The translations under genes were made by a program, and so were the position numbers. The notes beneath the pieces are model-generated. The model was not told where the DNA came from. It saw nothing but the letters and a program-made list of their open reading frames with translations, and did no database searches. From Spirochaetia bacterium (GTDB lineage Bacteria > Spirochaetota > Spirochaetia > SZUA-6 > Bin103), in the NCBI GenBank assembly GCA_965203515.1, contig OZ241907.1, positions 3,776,001 to 3,840,000 of the forward strand: a stretch of 64,000 bases of DNA, read 5' to 3'. Below, piece by piece: positions 20,889 through 30,485 of the stretch (its first letter is position 1; each line of letters opens with the position of its first letter).

Positions 20889-23800
20889 ATGGCGAGTGCC
20901 GATAGCAGGATCATTGAACACGCGTTTCCGTTGAATCAGGTTTCGCTTGATTCGGTGCATGAGAAGAACGTGCGGCACGGGCATATTTCGACGCTGCACA
21001 TCTGGCCGGCGCGGCGGCCGCTGGCGGCGAGCCGGGCGGCGTTGCTGGCGGCGCTGCTGCCCGATCCCGGAAGCTCGGAGGAGCGGCGGGAGCTGCTGGA
21101 CCGCATGGCGGGGCGGGTGGAGAAGGTTCCTGACGCCGCCGGGACGGGGACGCAGGAGGCGACCCGCGGCGGGATTCTGCACTGGGGCCGCGAGAGCACC
21201 TACGACGGGCGGCAGGAGCTGGCGCGATTCCGAAACGAGATTCGAGCGGCCTATGGCGGCCGGGCGCCGCGGGTACTCGACCCCTTCGCGGGCGGCGGGG
21301 CGATTCCGCTGGAGGCGATGCGGCTCGGGTGCGAGGCAGTGGCGGCCGATCTCAACCCGGTAGCGTGGTTCATCCTGCGCTGCACGCTGCACTACCCGCA
21401 ACGACTGGCCGGCCAATCGCGGGCGCTTCCCGAATTCGCGTTGCGCGAACGGGACTTCGCCGAGGCGTTCCTGAAATCCCAGGGGATTACCCGCAAGGAC
21501 GCGCTGCGCGAGGGACTCGCGCGGCTAGGACACGGTCACGACCCGGCGTTCGATTTCGAGATGGACGCGCCCTCCTGCGATGCGGAGTTCGCGTGGCACC
21601 TACGCGCCTGGGGACAGCGGGTCCTGGCGCGCGCGCGCCGCGACTTGGCGGCCCGTTATCCGACCTACGCCGAGTTCGAACCGGTACGGCGCAAGGGGCG
21701 GCGCGGCAATCGCCCCCCGGAAGCACCCTGGCAACTGCGCCCGGCGCGGTTGCTGCAACCGGACGATCAGGGGGCCGTAGCGACCGCTTCGCTCAACGCC
21801 GAGTTCGATGACCGCTATCTGGAAGACGAGGCCAACCCGCGCTGGATTGCGAAGCCGCCGGTGGCGTACTTGTGGGCGCGAACCGTGCGCTGCAGCGGCT
21901 GCCGGGCGGAGGTCCCCCTGCTCAAGACGCGCTGGCTGTGCAAGAAGCCGAGAAAACGGGTGCTCCTTACCCTGGAGTCCGGGAACTCTGAAACCGGCGT
22001 GACGTTCGACGTCAAGCACGACGTTCCCGAAGGCAGCGGCAGCGCGGCGCAGAAGCGCGAGCACGACCGCGAGCTGGGCGCCGGTACGATGAGCGCCAGC
22101 GGCGCGACCTGCCCCCGCTGCGGCGTGATCGCGACGACCGGAGACATTCGCACCGAGGGCCGCGCCGGCCGTCTCGGCGAGCGTATGACCGCCGTCATCG
22201 TGGAGGGCCAGCGCGGCAAGGAGTACCGCCTGCCGACCGACCTCGAGCTTCGCGCCGCGCGAGTCACCGAGGAAGAACTCGTCAGCCTCTATGAAGAGAT
22301 TCCGTTCGGACTTCCCGACGAGCTGATCAGTCCCGAGCGGCCGTCTCCCAACTCGCGCGGCGCTTCCGGGCTCCCGCGCTACGGATTCGATACGTGGCGG
22401 CGGTGTTTCACGAACCGGCAGCTTCTGGCGCTCGGAGCGTTCATCCGAGAGATGCGCCGTTGCGCCGGCGACATGGCTCCTTACCCGGCGACGTGGCGGG
22501 AGGCGCTGCAAGCATGTCTTGCGCCGGTGGTCAGCCGGCTGGCCGATCGCGGCAGCGCTCTGGCGACGTGGCAAACCAACGCTGACAAGATAGGTCACGC
22601 TTTTGCGCGGTTTGCGTTGCCTATGGTGTGGGATTACGCCGAGTCCTGTCCGCTGGCGGACACCAGCGGCGGATTCGTTCAGGCAGTGGAGTGGGTCGCC
22701 GAGGTGCTTGAACACGCCGGCGGCGCCGCCGCCAGCGCGCCCGCGCCGCACGTCTCACTCCGATCGGCTGCCGCGCCGGCCGGGGAACGCTTCGACCTGA
22801 TCTGCACCGACCCGCCCTACTACGATGCCATTCCCTATTCCGACCTGATGGACTTCTTCCACGTCTGGTTGCGGCGCACGTTGTCCGGGGTTTCGCCGGA
22901 AACCAACGCGGCGTTCTCCGGTCCGCTCGGCCCGAAGTGGGATCGGGCCGCGAACGACGGAGAGTTGGTCGACCAACCCGGCAGGTTCGCTGCCGACGGC
23001 GCTCAGTCGAGAAAGGTCTACGAGGACGGTATGCTGCGCGCCCTTCGGCATTGTAGTGACGCCCTGCGGGACGACGGACGACTGGTGGTGGTGTTCGCCA
23101 ACAAGCAGCCGGAGGCTTGGGAAACGCTGGTGGCGGCGCTGGTCCGGGCCGGTTTCGTCGTAACTGCCTCATGGCCGATTCAGACGGAGCGGGAAGGCAA
23201 GGTTGCGCGCGGCGCACGCCTGTCGGCTTCGATCTGGCTGGTTTGCAGAAAGCGGCCCGCAGCCGCCCGGCCCGGCTGGGACGGCAGGGTGCTGGGCGAG
23301 ATGCAGGACAACATCACCGAGCGGCTGCGGGGCTTCTGGGACGCCGGCATCCGCGGGCCGGACTTCGTGTGGTCCGCTACCGGACCGGCGCTGGAAGCCT
23401 TCAGCCGGCATCCGGTGGTGAAGCGGGCGGACGCTCCCGGTCAGGTGCTGACCGTGGCCGCGTTCCTGCGCCGCGTGCGGCGCATGGTCGTCGGCTTCGT
23501 GGTGAGCCGGCTGCTTGGCCGCGACAGCGCCGCGGCCGGCGAGCTGGATGACCTGACCACCTACTACCTGCTGCACCGCAACGACTTCGGCCTCGGCGCA
23601 GCGCCGGCCGGCGCTTGCATCCTCTACGCCCTCTCCTGCAATCTGTCGGACGCCGACCTTGCCGGACGCCTCGCCCTGCTGATCCGCGGCGGCCGCGCGA
23701 CGCCGGCCGATGAGGAAGCGGACTCCGCCGAAGTTGTCTCCGGCAGCGCGGCGCGTCTCAAGCCGTGGCACCAGCGCCGCGCCCGCGATCTCGGCGAGTC

Positions 23801-24080
23801 CGGCGCTGACGGCAGCCCGCCGCCGCTGATCGATTGCGTCCACAAGGTGATGCAACTCTGGAAGACCGGCGAGCAGAGGCGGGTGGACGGCTACCTGGAG
23901 GCGCGCGGCCTGTGGCGCCACGAACTGTTCGCCCGCGTCGTGCAGGCAATCATCGAGCTGACCGAGAGCGGCTCCGAGGAGCGCGCCACGCTCGAATCGC
24001 TCCAGAATCATCTGCGGGGTCACGCCGCGGCCCCCACTGCCCGCCAGGGCCTGCTCTGGCAGGGTGACGGAGGTGAGTGA
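20889..24080 (+). CDS. DUF1156-family adenine-specific DNA methyltransferase with zinc ribbon
   Basis: HIWPARRPLAASRA; motif I DPFAGGGAIP; CSGC...CPRC; motif IV TDPPYYD. Confidence 0.93.
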   Translation: MASADSRIIEHAFPLNQVSLDSVHEKNVRHGHISTLHIWPARRPLAASRAALLAALLPDPGSSEERRELLDRMAGRVEKVPDAAGTGTQEATRGGILHWGRESTYDGRQELARFRNEIRAAYGGRAPRVLDPFAGGGAIPLEAMRLGCEAVAADLNPVAWFILRCTLHYPQRLAGQSRALPEFALRERDFAEAFLKSQGITRKDALREGLARLGHGHDPAFDFEMDAPSCDAEFAWHLRAWGQRVLARARRDLAARYPTYAEFEPVRRKGRRGNRPPEAPWQLRPARLLQPDDQGAVATASLNAEFDDRYLEDEANPRWIAKPPVAYLWARTVRCSGCRAEVPLLKTRWLCKKPRKRVLLTLESGNSETGVTFDVKHDVPEGSGSAAQKREHDRELGAGTMSASGATCPRCGVIATTGDIRTEGRAGRLGERMTAVIVEGQRGKEYRLPTDLELRAARVTEEELVSLYEEIPFGLPDELISPERPSPNSRGASGLPRYGFDTWRRCFTNRQLLALGAFIREMRRCAGDMAPYPATWREALQACLAPVVSRLADRGSALATWQTNADKIGHAFARFALPMVWDYAESCPLADTSGGFVQAVEWVAEVLEHAGGAAASAPAPHVSLRSAAAPAGERFDLICTDPPYYDAIPYSDLMDFFHVWLRRTLSGVSPETNAAFSGPLGPKWDRAANDGELVDQPGRFAADGAQSRKVYEDGMLRALRHCSDALRDDGRLVVVFANKQPEAWETLVAALVRAGFVVTASWPIQTEREGKVARGARLSASIWLVCRKRPAAARPGWDGRVLGEMQDNITERLRGFWDAGIRGPDFVWSATGPALEAFSRHPVVKRADAPGQVLTVAAFLRRVRRMVVGFVVSRLLGRDSAAAGELDDLTTYYLLHRNDFGLGAAPAGACILYALSCNLSDADLAGRLALLIRGGRATPADEEADSAEVVSGSAARLKPWHQRRARDLGESGADGSPPPLIDCVHKVMQLWKTGEQRRVDGYLEARGLWRHELFARVVQAIIELTESGSEERATLESLQNHLRGHAAAPTARQGLLWQGDGGE

Positions 24081-27000
24081 TGGCGAAGGGTAGTCGTTCG
24101 AGGCCGTGGCACGAGGTGGTGCGGCTGAAGGAGGAGCTGCGCACGGGGGAGCTCGCGCTGGCGGAGTTCGCGGCCGACCTGCATGAGGTGACGCTGGCGC
24201 AGGGCCGGCGCCCGGTCTACGAGGACCCTGCGAAGTTCTTCGCGCTGACCTACCCCACCCATGCCCTGCGGGAGCTGGTGAAGGACGTTGCCGGCCGGCT
24301 GGCCGGGCGCAGCGACAAGGCGGTGCGGCAGTTGGAGCTGACCTACGGCGGCGGCAAGACGCACACGCTGATCGCCCTCTATCACCTGTTCCGGGAACCG
24401 GCGGCGCTGCCCGAGGTGGCGGCGGTGCGGGAGTTCCGCGAGCACGTGGGGGCCGACTTGCCGCCGGCGGTCACGGTGACGCTGTGCTTCGACAAGATCG
24501 ACGCCGAGCGCGGCATCGAAGGGGTGCGCGCGCCTGACGGCGAGCGCCGCACGCTACGCCATCCGTGGAGCGTGCTGGCGTTCCAGCTTGCCGGCGCGGA
24601 CGGACTGCGCGCCATTCACGGCGCCGGCGGCGACGCCGAGCGCGCCACGCCGCCGGCCGAGCCGTTGCTGGTGAAGCTGCTCGAACTCCCGCAGCAGCAC
24701 GGCCGCGCGACCCTGATCCTGATCGACGAGGTGCTGATGTACGCGCGCGAGAAGGCCGGGCTCGACCCGGTGTGGCGCGAGCGCATCGTCGACTTCTTTC
24801 AGTATCTGACGCAGGCGGTGGCCAAGGTGGACCGCGCCGCCCTCGTGGCGTCGCTGTTGGCCACCGACCCCAACCGGCAGCGCGGCGAGCTGGCGCAACA
24901 GTTGATCGCCGAGCTGTTCGACGTGTTCCGGCGCCAGCGCGAAGAGGGGGTGCAGCCGGTGCAGCGCGGCGACGTGGCCGAGGTGCTGCGCCGGCGCTTC
25001 TTCGCCCCCGGCGAACTGGGCGACCGGAACGCGTTTCGCTCCCACGTGATCGGCGTGGTGCGCGGCCTCGCCAAGCTGGACGAAACCACCGCCCGCGCGC
25101 GCGCCGCGGCCGAGGAGCGGTTCATCGACTCCTTTCCCTTCCATCCCGATCTGACCGACGTGTTCTACAGCCGCTGGACGCAACTCGACGGGTTCCAGCG
25201 CACGCGCGGCATCCTGCGCATCCTGGCCACCGCGCTGCGCGCGGCCGAGCGCTGGGATCGCAGTCCGCTGATCGGCGTCGGGGCGCTGCTGGCGGCGCCC
25301 GGAGCGCAGACGGTGTCGGAGGCGGTGCGCGAACTCGCCGGCGTCGCCACTTCGGAACAGGTGGAGGGCAGCAAGACCGACTGGGTACCGCTGCTGGAGG
25401 CCGAACTGGCCAAGGCGCGCCAGATTCAGGAGGAGGTGCCGGCGCTGCGGGAGGGACGCGAGGCGGAACAGGCGGTGCTGGCGGTGTTCCTGCACTCGCA
25501 GCCGGTCGGGCACAAGGCGTCCACGCCCGACTTGCTGCGGATGGCCGGCAGCGCAGCGCCGGACGCGATCGAGATCGACAAGGGGTTGCGCCGCTGGCGC
25601 GAATTGTCCTGGTTTCTGGATGACGAGGACCTGGGGCCGGAGGATCCTCGCACCGCGGCGGCGCTGCCGAAGTCGTGGCGCCTCGGCAACCGCCCCAACC
25701 TGCGCCAGATGCACGACGAAGCCTGCCGCCAGCGGGTGACCGCTGAGGCGGAGGCGGCGCGCCTGGAGCAGGCGGTGCGCGAGACCCGGGCGTTGGTGGA
25801 AGGCGCCAAGGCGGCCGGAGCAAGCGTGCATCGGCTGCCGGCCGCGCCGCGCGAGGTGGGCGACGACGGCGCGTTTCGCTACGTGCTGCTGGGCGCGGAC
25901 GCCGCTTCCGAGTCGGGCAAGCCGAGCGGCGCCGCGCGCCGCTTTCTGACCGAAGTGAGCGGGCCGCACCAGCCGCGCGTGCATCGCAACGCGGTCGTGC
26001 TGGCGGTGCCGTCACGCACCGGTCTGCAGGCGGCGCGCAGTTGCGTGCGGGCGCTGCTCGGGTGGGAAGAGGTGGAGCGTGAACTTGCCGGTCACCGGGT
26101 CGATCCGGTGCCGCGCGAGCTCCTGCGCCGGCGGCTGCAGGAAGCGCGCCGGCTGGTGCCCGACATGGTCCGGCAGGCGTACCAGGTGGTGGTGACGGTG
26201 AACGACGACAACGAGGTGCACGCCTTCCGCCTCACCCCCAGCGCCGGGCCGCTGTTCGCGGCGATCAAGAACGATCCGCGCGCGCGCATCACCGAGACCG
26301 CGCTGGACGCGGAGGCGCTGCTGCCCGACGGTCCCTACGACCTGTGGCGGGAGGATGAGGATACCCGCTTGGTGAAGGACTTGGCAGGCGCGTTCTCGCG
26401 CCAGTCGCGCCTGCCCAAGGTGCTCGATCCGCGGGTGCTGTTCGACACCGTGCTGCAGGGCGTGGAACGCGGGTTGCTGCTGGCCCGGCTGGCGCGCCCG
26501 GACGGCAGCGTTCGCACTTGGTGGCGCGCGGCCGTGGACCCTGACGCGCAGACTGACCCCGGGTTGGAGGTAGCGCTGCCGGACCGCGCCGAGCTGCTCC
26601 AACTGCCTCCTGCGCTGCTGGCGCCCGGCGCGTTGCCGGCGTTGTGGCCGGAGGAGCGCGGCGCCGCGCCGCAGCTCACGCTGCGCGCGCTGGCGGCGTA
26701 CTTCGCCGGCGGTCACACCGTGCAGGTCCGCCAACAGGGATACGCCTACGACGATACGCTCAGCATCCCGCGGTGTTCCGCGGAGACGGTGCGGAGCGCC
26801 GCGGCGCGCGCGGTGGAGCAGGGGCGCGTGTGGCTCACCAACGGCCCCACCTCGGTGTGGAACGAGCCGGTCCCCTACGGCGCGCTCGATGAAGCCGCCG
26901 TGCTGCATCCGCCGCCGGCGCTGATCCCGGCGCAGGAACTGACCGCTCAGGCGCTCCCCGACGAGTGGCGCGGCGGCGCCGTGAACGGCGTCGCCCTGAC

Positions 27001-27391
27001 CCGCGCGCTGTCGCAGGAGCGGCGCACCGCCCTGCCCTGGGGTCTGGTGCGGGACAGCATCAAGGCCGGCGTGGAGAGCCGGTGGCTGCAGTTGGCCGCC
27101 GCCAGCGGCTCGCTCAACTGCGGCTACGACCAGGCCGGCAGCGTCCTGCTGGAACGGCCGGCGGAATACGATCCGCAGCCGGCCGCGGTCCCGGCCGGCG
27201 CCGTTACGCTTGACGCCGGGCAGATCCAGGACCTCGCCGTGCTGGTCCCGCGGTTGCTGGAGGAGAGCGCCGGCTACGCGCTCCGCTTCAAGATGAACGT
27301 GGAACTGGACAGCGACTCGCCGCCCGAGGTGCGCGCCGCCCTCGACCGCCTGCTCGCCGAAGTCTCCGGCACCTTGAAGACCGCGCTTTGA
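24080..27391 (+). CDS. DUF499-family AAA+ ATPase
   Basis: PWHEVV...EFAADL, FFALTYPT, Walker A TYGGGKTH, Walker B LILIDE, FPFHPDL, FQRTRGILR; start overlaps the methyltransferase stop. Confidence 0.92.
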   Translation: MAKGSRSRPWHEVVRLKEELRTGELALAEFAADLHEVTLAQGRRPVYEDPAKFFALTYPTHALRELVKDVAGRLAGRSDKAVRQLELTYGGGKTHTLIALYHLFREPAALPEVAAVREFREHVGADLPPAVTVTLCFDKIDAERGIEGVRAPDGERRTLRHPWSVLAFQLAGADGLRAIHGAGGDAERATPPAEPLLVKLLELPQQHGRATLILIDEVLMYAREKAGLDPVWRERIVDFFQYLTQAVAKVDRAALVASLLATDPNRQRGELAQQLIAELFDVFRRQREEGVQPVQRGDVAEVLRRRFFAPGELGDRNAFRSHVIGVVRGLAKLDETTARARAAAEERFIDSFPFHPDLTDVFYSRWTQLDGFQRTRGILRILATALRAAERWDRSPLIGVGALLAAPGAQTVSEAVRELAGVATSEQVEGSKTDWVPLLEAELAKARQIQEEVPALREGREAEQAVLAVFLHSQPVGHKASTPDLLRMAGSAAPDAIEIDKGLRRWRELSWFLDDEDLGPEDPRTAAALPKSWRLGNRPNLRQMHDEACRQRVTAEAEAARLEQAVRETRALVEGAKAAGASVHRLPAAPREVGDDGAFRYVLLGADAASESGKPSGAARRFLTEVSGPHQPRVHRNAVVLAVPSRTGLQAARSCVRALLGWEEVERELAGHRVDPVPRELLRRRLQEARRLVPDMVRQAYQVVVTVNDDNEVHAFRLTPSAGPLFAAIKNDPRARITETALDAEALLPDGPYDLWREDEDTRLVKDLAGAFSRQSRLPKVLDPRVLFDTVLQGVERGLLLARLARPDGSVRTWWRAAVDPDAQTDPGLEVALPDRAELLQLPPALLAPGALPALWPEERGAAPQLTLRALAAYFAGGHTVQVRQQGYAYDDTLSIPRCSAETVRSAAARAVEQGRVWLTNGPTSVWNEPVPYGALDEAAVLHPPPALIPAQELTAQALPDEWRGGAVNGVALTRALSQERRTALPWGLVRDSIKAGVESRWLQLAAASGSLNCGYDQAGSVLLERPAEYDPQPAAVPAGAVTLDAGQIQDLAVLVPRLLEESAGYALRFKMNVELDSDSPPEVRAALDRLLAEVSGTLKTAL

Positions 27392-27439
27392 GGACGGCGG
27401 GCGGTGGAAGCGGTCCGCTGAAACCTCGACCCCCCTAGG

Positions 27440-30213
27440 TCAGTGGTTCGGCTTACGGGGGGAGAACTCGGCTGACCAGAGTTGGCCTTGGCCGGGAATC
27501 CACTGGCCGGTGCGGATGACCGCGATCTCATAGTCGGGGAGCTCGACGAACATCGCACATTTCTTTGCTAGGCGTTCGCCGTGTTCCCGGAAGTAGAAGC
27601 CCCGATTCTCGAAGCCGGACGGCCGGTCGCCCGGCGGAAGGTCGGCCGCCTCCGCCGGGAAGAAGTGCAGGAAGAAGCGCGCCTGCACGTCCTCCGGTGC
27701 GCACGGAACCTTGCGGTAGAGCAGCGTGCTCTCACCGAGATACACGTCGAAGGTCGAACGAGCGAGCGGTATGAACTCGCCGGCCGCGGTTGGCGGCCGA
27801 GGGGGCGGAGGTGGGGCGGGCTCCGCCATCCAGGCCATCCAGAGCTGTCTCTGGCCGGGCTGATCGGGGAGCCACTGGCCGGTGCGGATGACCGCGATCT
27901 CATAGTCGGGAAGCGTCACGAACGCCGCGCATGCGCGCCCGAGGATCACGCCGTGTTTGCGGAAGTCGAAGGCGACGTTCTGGAAGCCGGTACGGGCGTC
28001 GGCGGCGGACAGGTCGGCCGCGTCCGCCGGGAAGAGGTGCAGGAAGAAGCGCGCCTGTGTGTCCTGCGGAGCGCACGGAGCCCGGTGATAGATCAGCGTA
28101 GTCTCACTCTCACCACCACTGAGATACATGTCGAAGTCGGATCGAACGACGGCCCGGGCATCCTGCAGCAGGCCGCGCAGGGTGTCGGCGGCGCGGCTCG
28201 CGGAACTGCCATCGGACCGCGTATCGCTTCCGATCCTGAGGATGACGCCGTCGCCGGCGATGGCGGCCACCTCCATCCCCGGGAGCTCCGAGAACTCCTT
28301 CAGGCCGTAGCGATACGCGCCGGCGTCCCGGAAGAACCATGCGATCGCGTGCTCCGCGCCGGCGGCGGGCCCGGACAGCCGTTCCTTCGCTCGCGCAAGG
28401 GTCCGCGGCAGCCGGCGCGGCGCCGGGCCGCCCCGCGGCGTCGCCAGCAGGAAGACGGCCGCGCGGTCGGTGCTCCAGATGATGCCGTTCGGCGGGTCGG
28501 CGCGCAACTGGCGAATCACGCCGGACTCGGCCCATGGACGGGGCGCATATCCGCTTCCTTCTTCGATCCACCGCAGCACGTGACGGTGATTCGCATCCAC
28601 CTGGAACAGGAGCCAGACGGAAGCGAGGAGCGCGGCGAGGACCGCTCCCCGGGTACCGGCCGTGAGGTTCGCCAACCGGCCCGGCGATCCGCTCGGTCCA
28701 CTTCTGAGACTTCTGAGCCGCGCTATGACTTCATCCAGCATGATCGTTCCTGCTACCAGCAACACCGGGAACGCCGGCGTCAGGTATCGCGCGTCGGTCG
28801 CCGCCGGACGGACGAACACCATCAGGAACAGCGCGTACGCGGCCACGAACCCCAGGCAGAGGGTCAACGCGTCGCCATGCCGCCGGAGCAGGCCGGGTAA
28901 ACGGGCGCGGCGCCGTGCGAGGCTGCGCTGCAGCGCAACGGCCAGCAGACCGCTGCCGATCAGCGCCACTCCGGCGTAGCTCGTCAGGCACGCGGCGGCG
29001 GCCGCGGCGGCCGCCAGGAGGAGCGGACGCACTCCCCGCCCCTTCAGGAACCGATCCAGCGCGAGCAGCGCAGTCACGACGAACGCCGTGAAGGTGATCT
29101 CCGGCCACACGTGCGCCGCGACGTTGGCCGGCCACACCGCCAAGGCGCAGGCGCCGGCCGCCCAGACGACCAGCGCCGGGGATCGAAGACGGCTCCGCAG
29201 CCACGCCGCGACGGCGATGATCGTCACCCCGAACGCCGCGGCGTTGACGTAGCGGGCCGCCTCGATCACTTCCGGGCCGAAGGAGCCGGCGAACGCCAGG
29301 AGCAGAGTGAACAGCGGGCCGCCCTGCTCCGGGCTGCCGAACGCCGCGGCCAACCCGTTGCCGTCCAGCAGATTGCGCGCGCCCGCCACGTAGCGCATCG
29401 AGTCGCGCGTCAGCCCCGCCCCGTAGGCGGCTTGGCGGGCCAGGACGAGCAGCGCGCCGACCCCGCCGAGCGCCGCGCACAACGCCTGCGACCGCAGCCG
29501 CGCCCGGGCGCGGGCGATCTCCATGATGACCAGGATTGCGCACGACAGGCCCAACGCGTACGGCACGAACAGGTACCGGCCGAGGCGATGCATCTGATGG
29601 TCGGGCACCAGCAACTGCACGCCGGCCAGCGCCAGCAGCAGCGCGATCCATCCGCCGTGGCGGAGCAGTGCCGGCCGGCCTTGCCGCGCCGGAGGGCGCC
29701 GAACGCAACGGCGGCGGCCGGCGACAGCGCCGCAACCCACGCCAGGATGCGGCCGGCGCGGGCGCTCCCCAGCCCCGCCTCCCAATACGGTTCGAGCAGC
29801 TCGAGCCCCGCGAAGTCGACCGTGCCGGCAACTTCATCCCGAACCTCGGGGTCAGGTACGAGCTGCGCCAGCGCGCCCACCAGGGGAGTCCCTTCCAAGG
29901 CGGCGATCATGCTCGCGACAGTCTCCCAAGTCCTTCCTATCCAGAAGGACCACTTCCAGGCGACGACCCGCCACACGAGTCCGTTCTTCGGCAATCCGGC
30001 GCACGCGTCCCGCCACCCGAACCAGTCGGGAATCAGACACGCTTCGACCGCCATCTTGGCCGCCTGTCCCAGGCCGTAGGCGGCGGCGAAGCCGGCGCAA
30101 TAGAGCCCCATGCACCAGACCGCCAGCCGGGCCGGATTCGGTCCGGGCGGCTGACCGTCGTGACCGCCGTGATCACCGGGTCCGAAATAGACCAGCAGGC
30201 CGATCAGCGGCAC
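27440..30213 (-). pseudogene. Multi-pass membrane protein (GT-C/ArnT-like TM region) with two tandem C-terminal ~100-aa domains; frameshifted near 29680
   Basis: The hydrophobic frame switches from ORF 29410..30213 to ORF 27440..29785 near 29670-29700; DSMRYVAGARNL loop; repeated FDxYL...ARFFLH...LPDYEIAVIRTGQW. Confidence 0.7.
27476..27513. repeat. 38-bp direct repeat (partner at 14694-14731)
   Basis: CCAGAGTTGGCCTTGGCCGGGAATCCACTGGC[C/T]GGTGC. Confidence 0.95.
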
Positions 30214-30485
30214 GGCGAGAATGGTGTGCCCGCAATACTATACTCGGCGGCACTTGGCCTGTGGCCGGCGGCATCCCAGGAGCGCTCCGCTGACGAGCGG
30301 CCGAACGTCTGATCGAACAGCAGGTGCTCGAACCGGGGCAGCCACGGCCAGTCCCGCCGTTGCGGCGGGGAACAGGTCAGCGAACTGCCGGGATTTGCCG
30401 CGGTCACCGCCAACCGCGCCCGCCTGGATGGTTCGTAGCCGTTTGACGGCCTGCGCAGAGCGACTTACGGTGGCGAGCGAGGGTC

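Noticed and set aside
16263..27391. BREX or DISARM
   Set aside because: No PglZ, BrxL, DrmA/DrmB-type or PLD gene; the methyltransferase is DUF1156 type.
27392..27477. Structured RNA or att hairpin (GGTCAG...CTGACC)
   Set aside because: Only a short imperfect stem, compatible with chance or a convergent terminator.
30214..30485. Small ORF or ncRNA in the divergent gap
   Set aside because: No recognisable motif or convincing structure.
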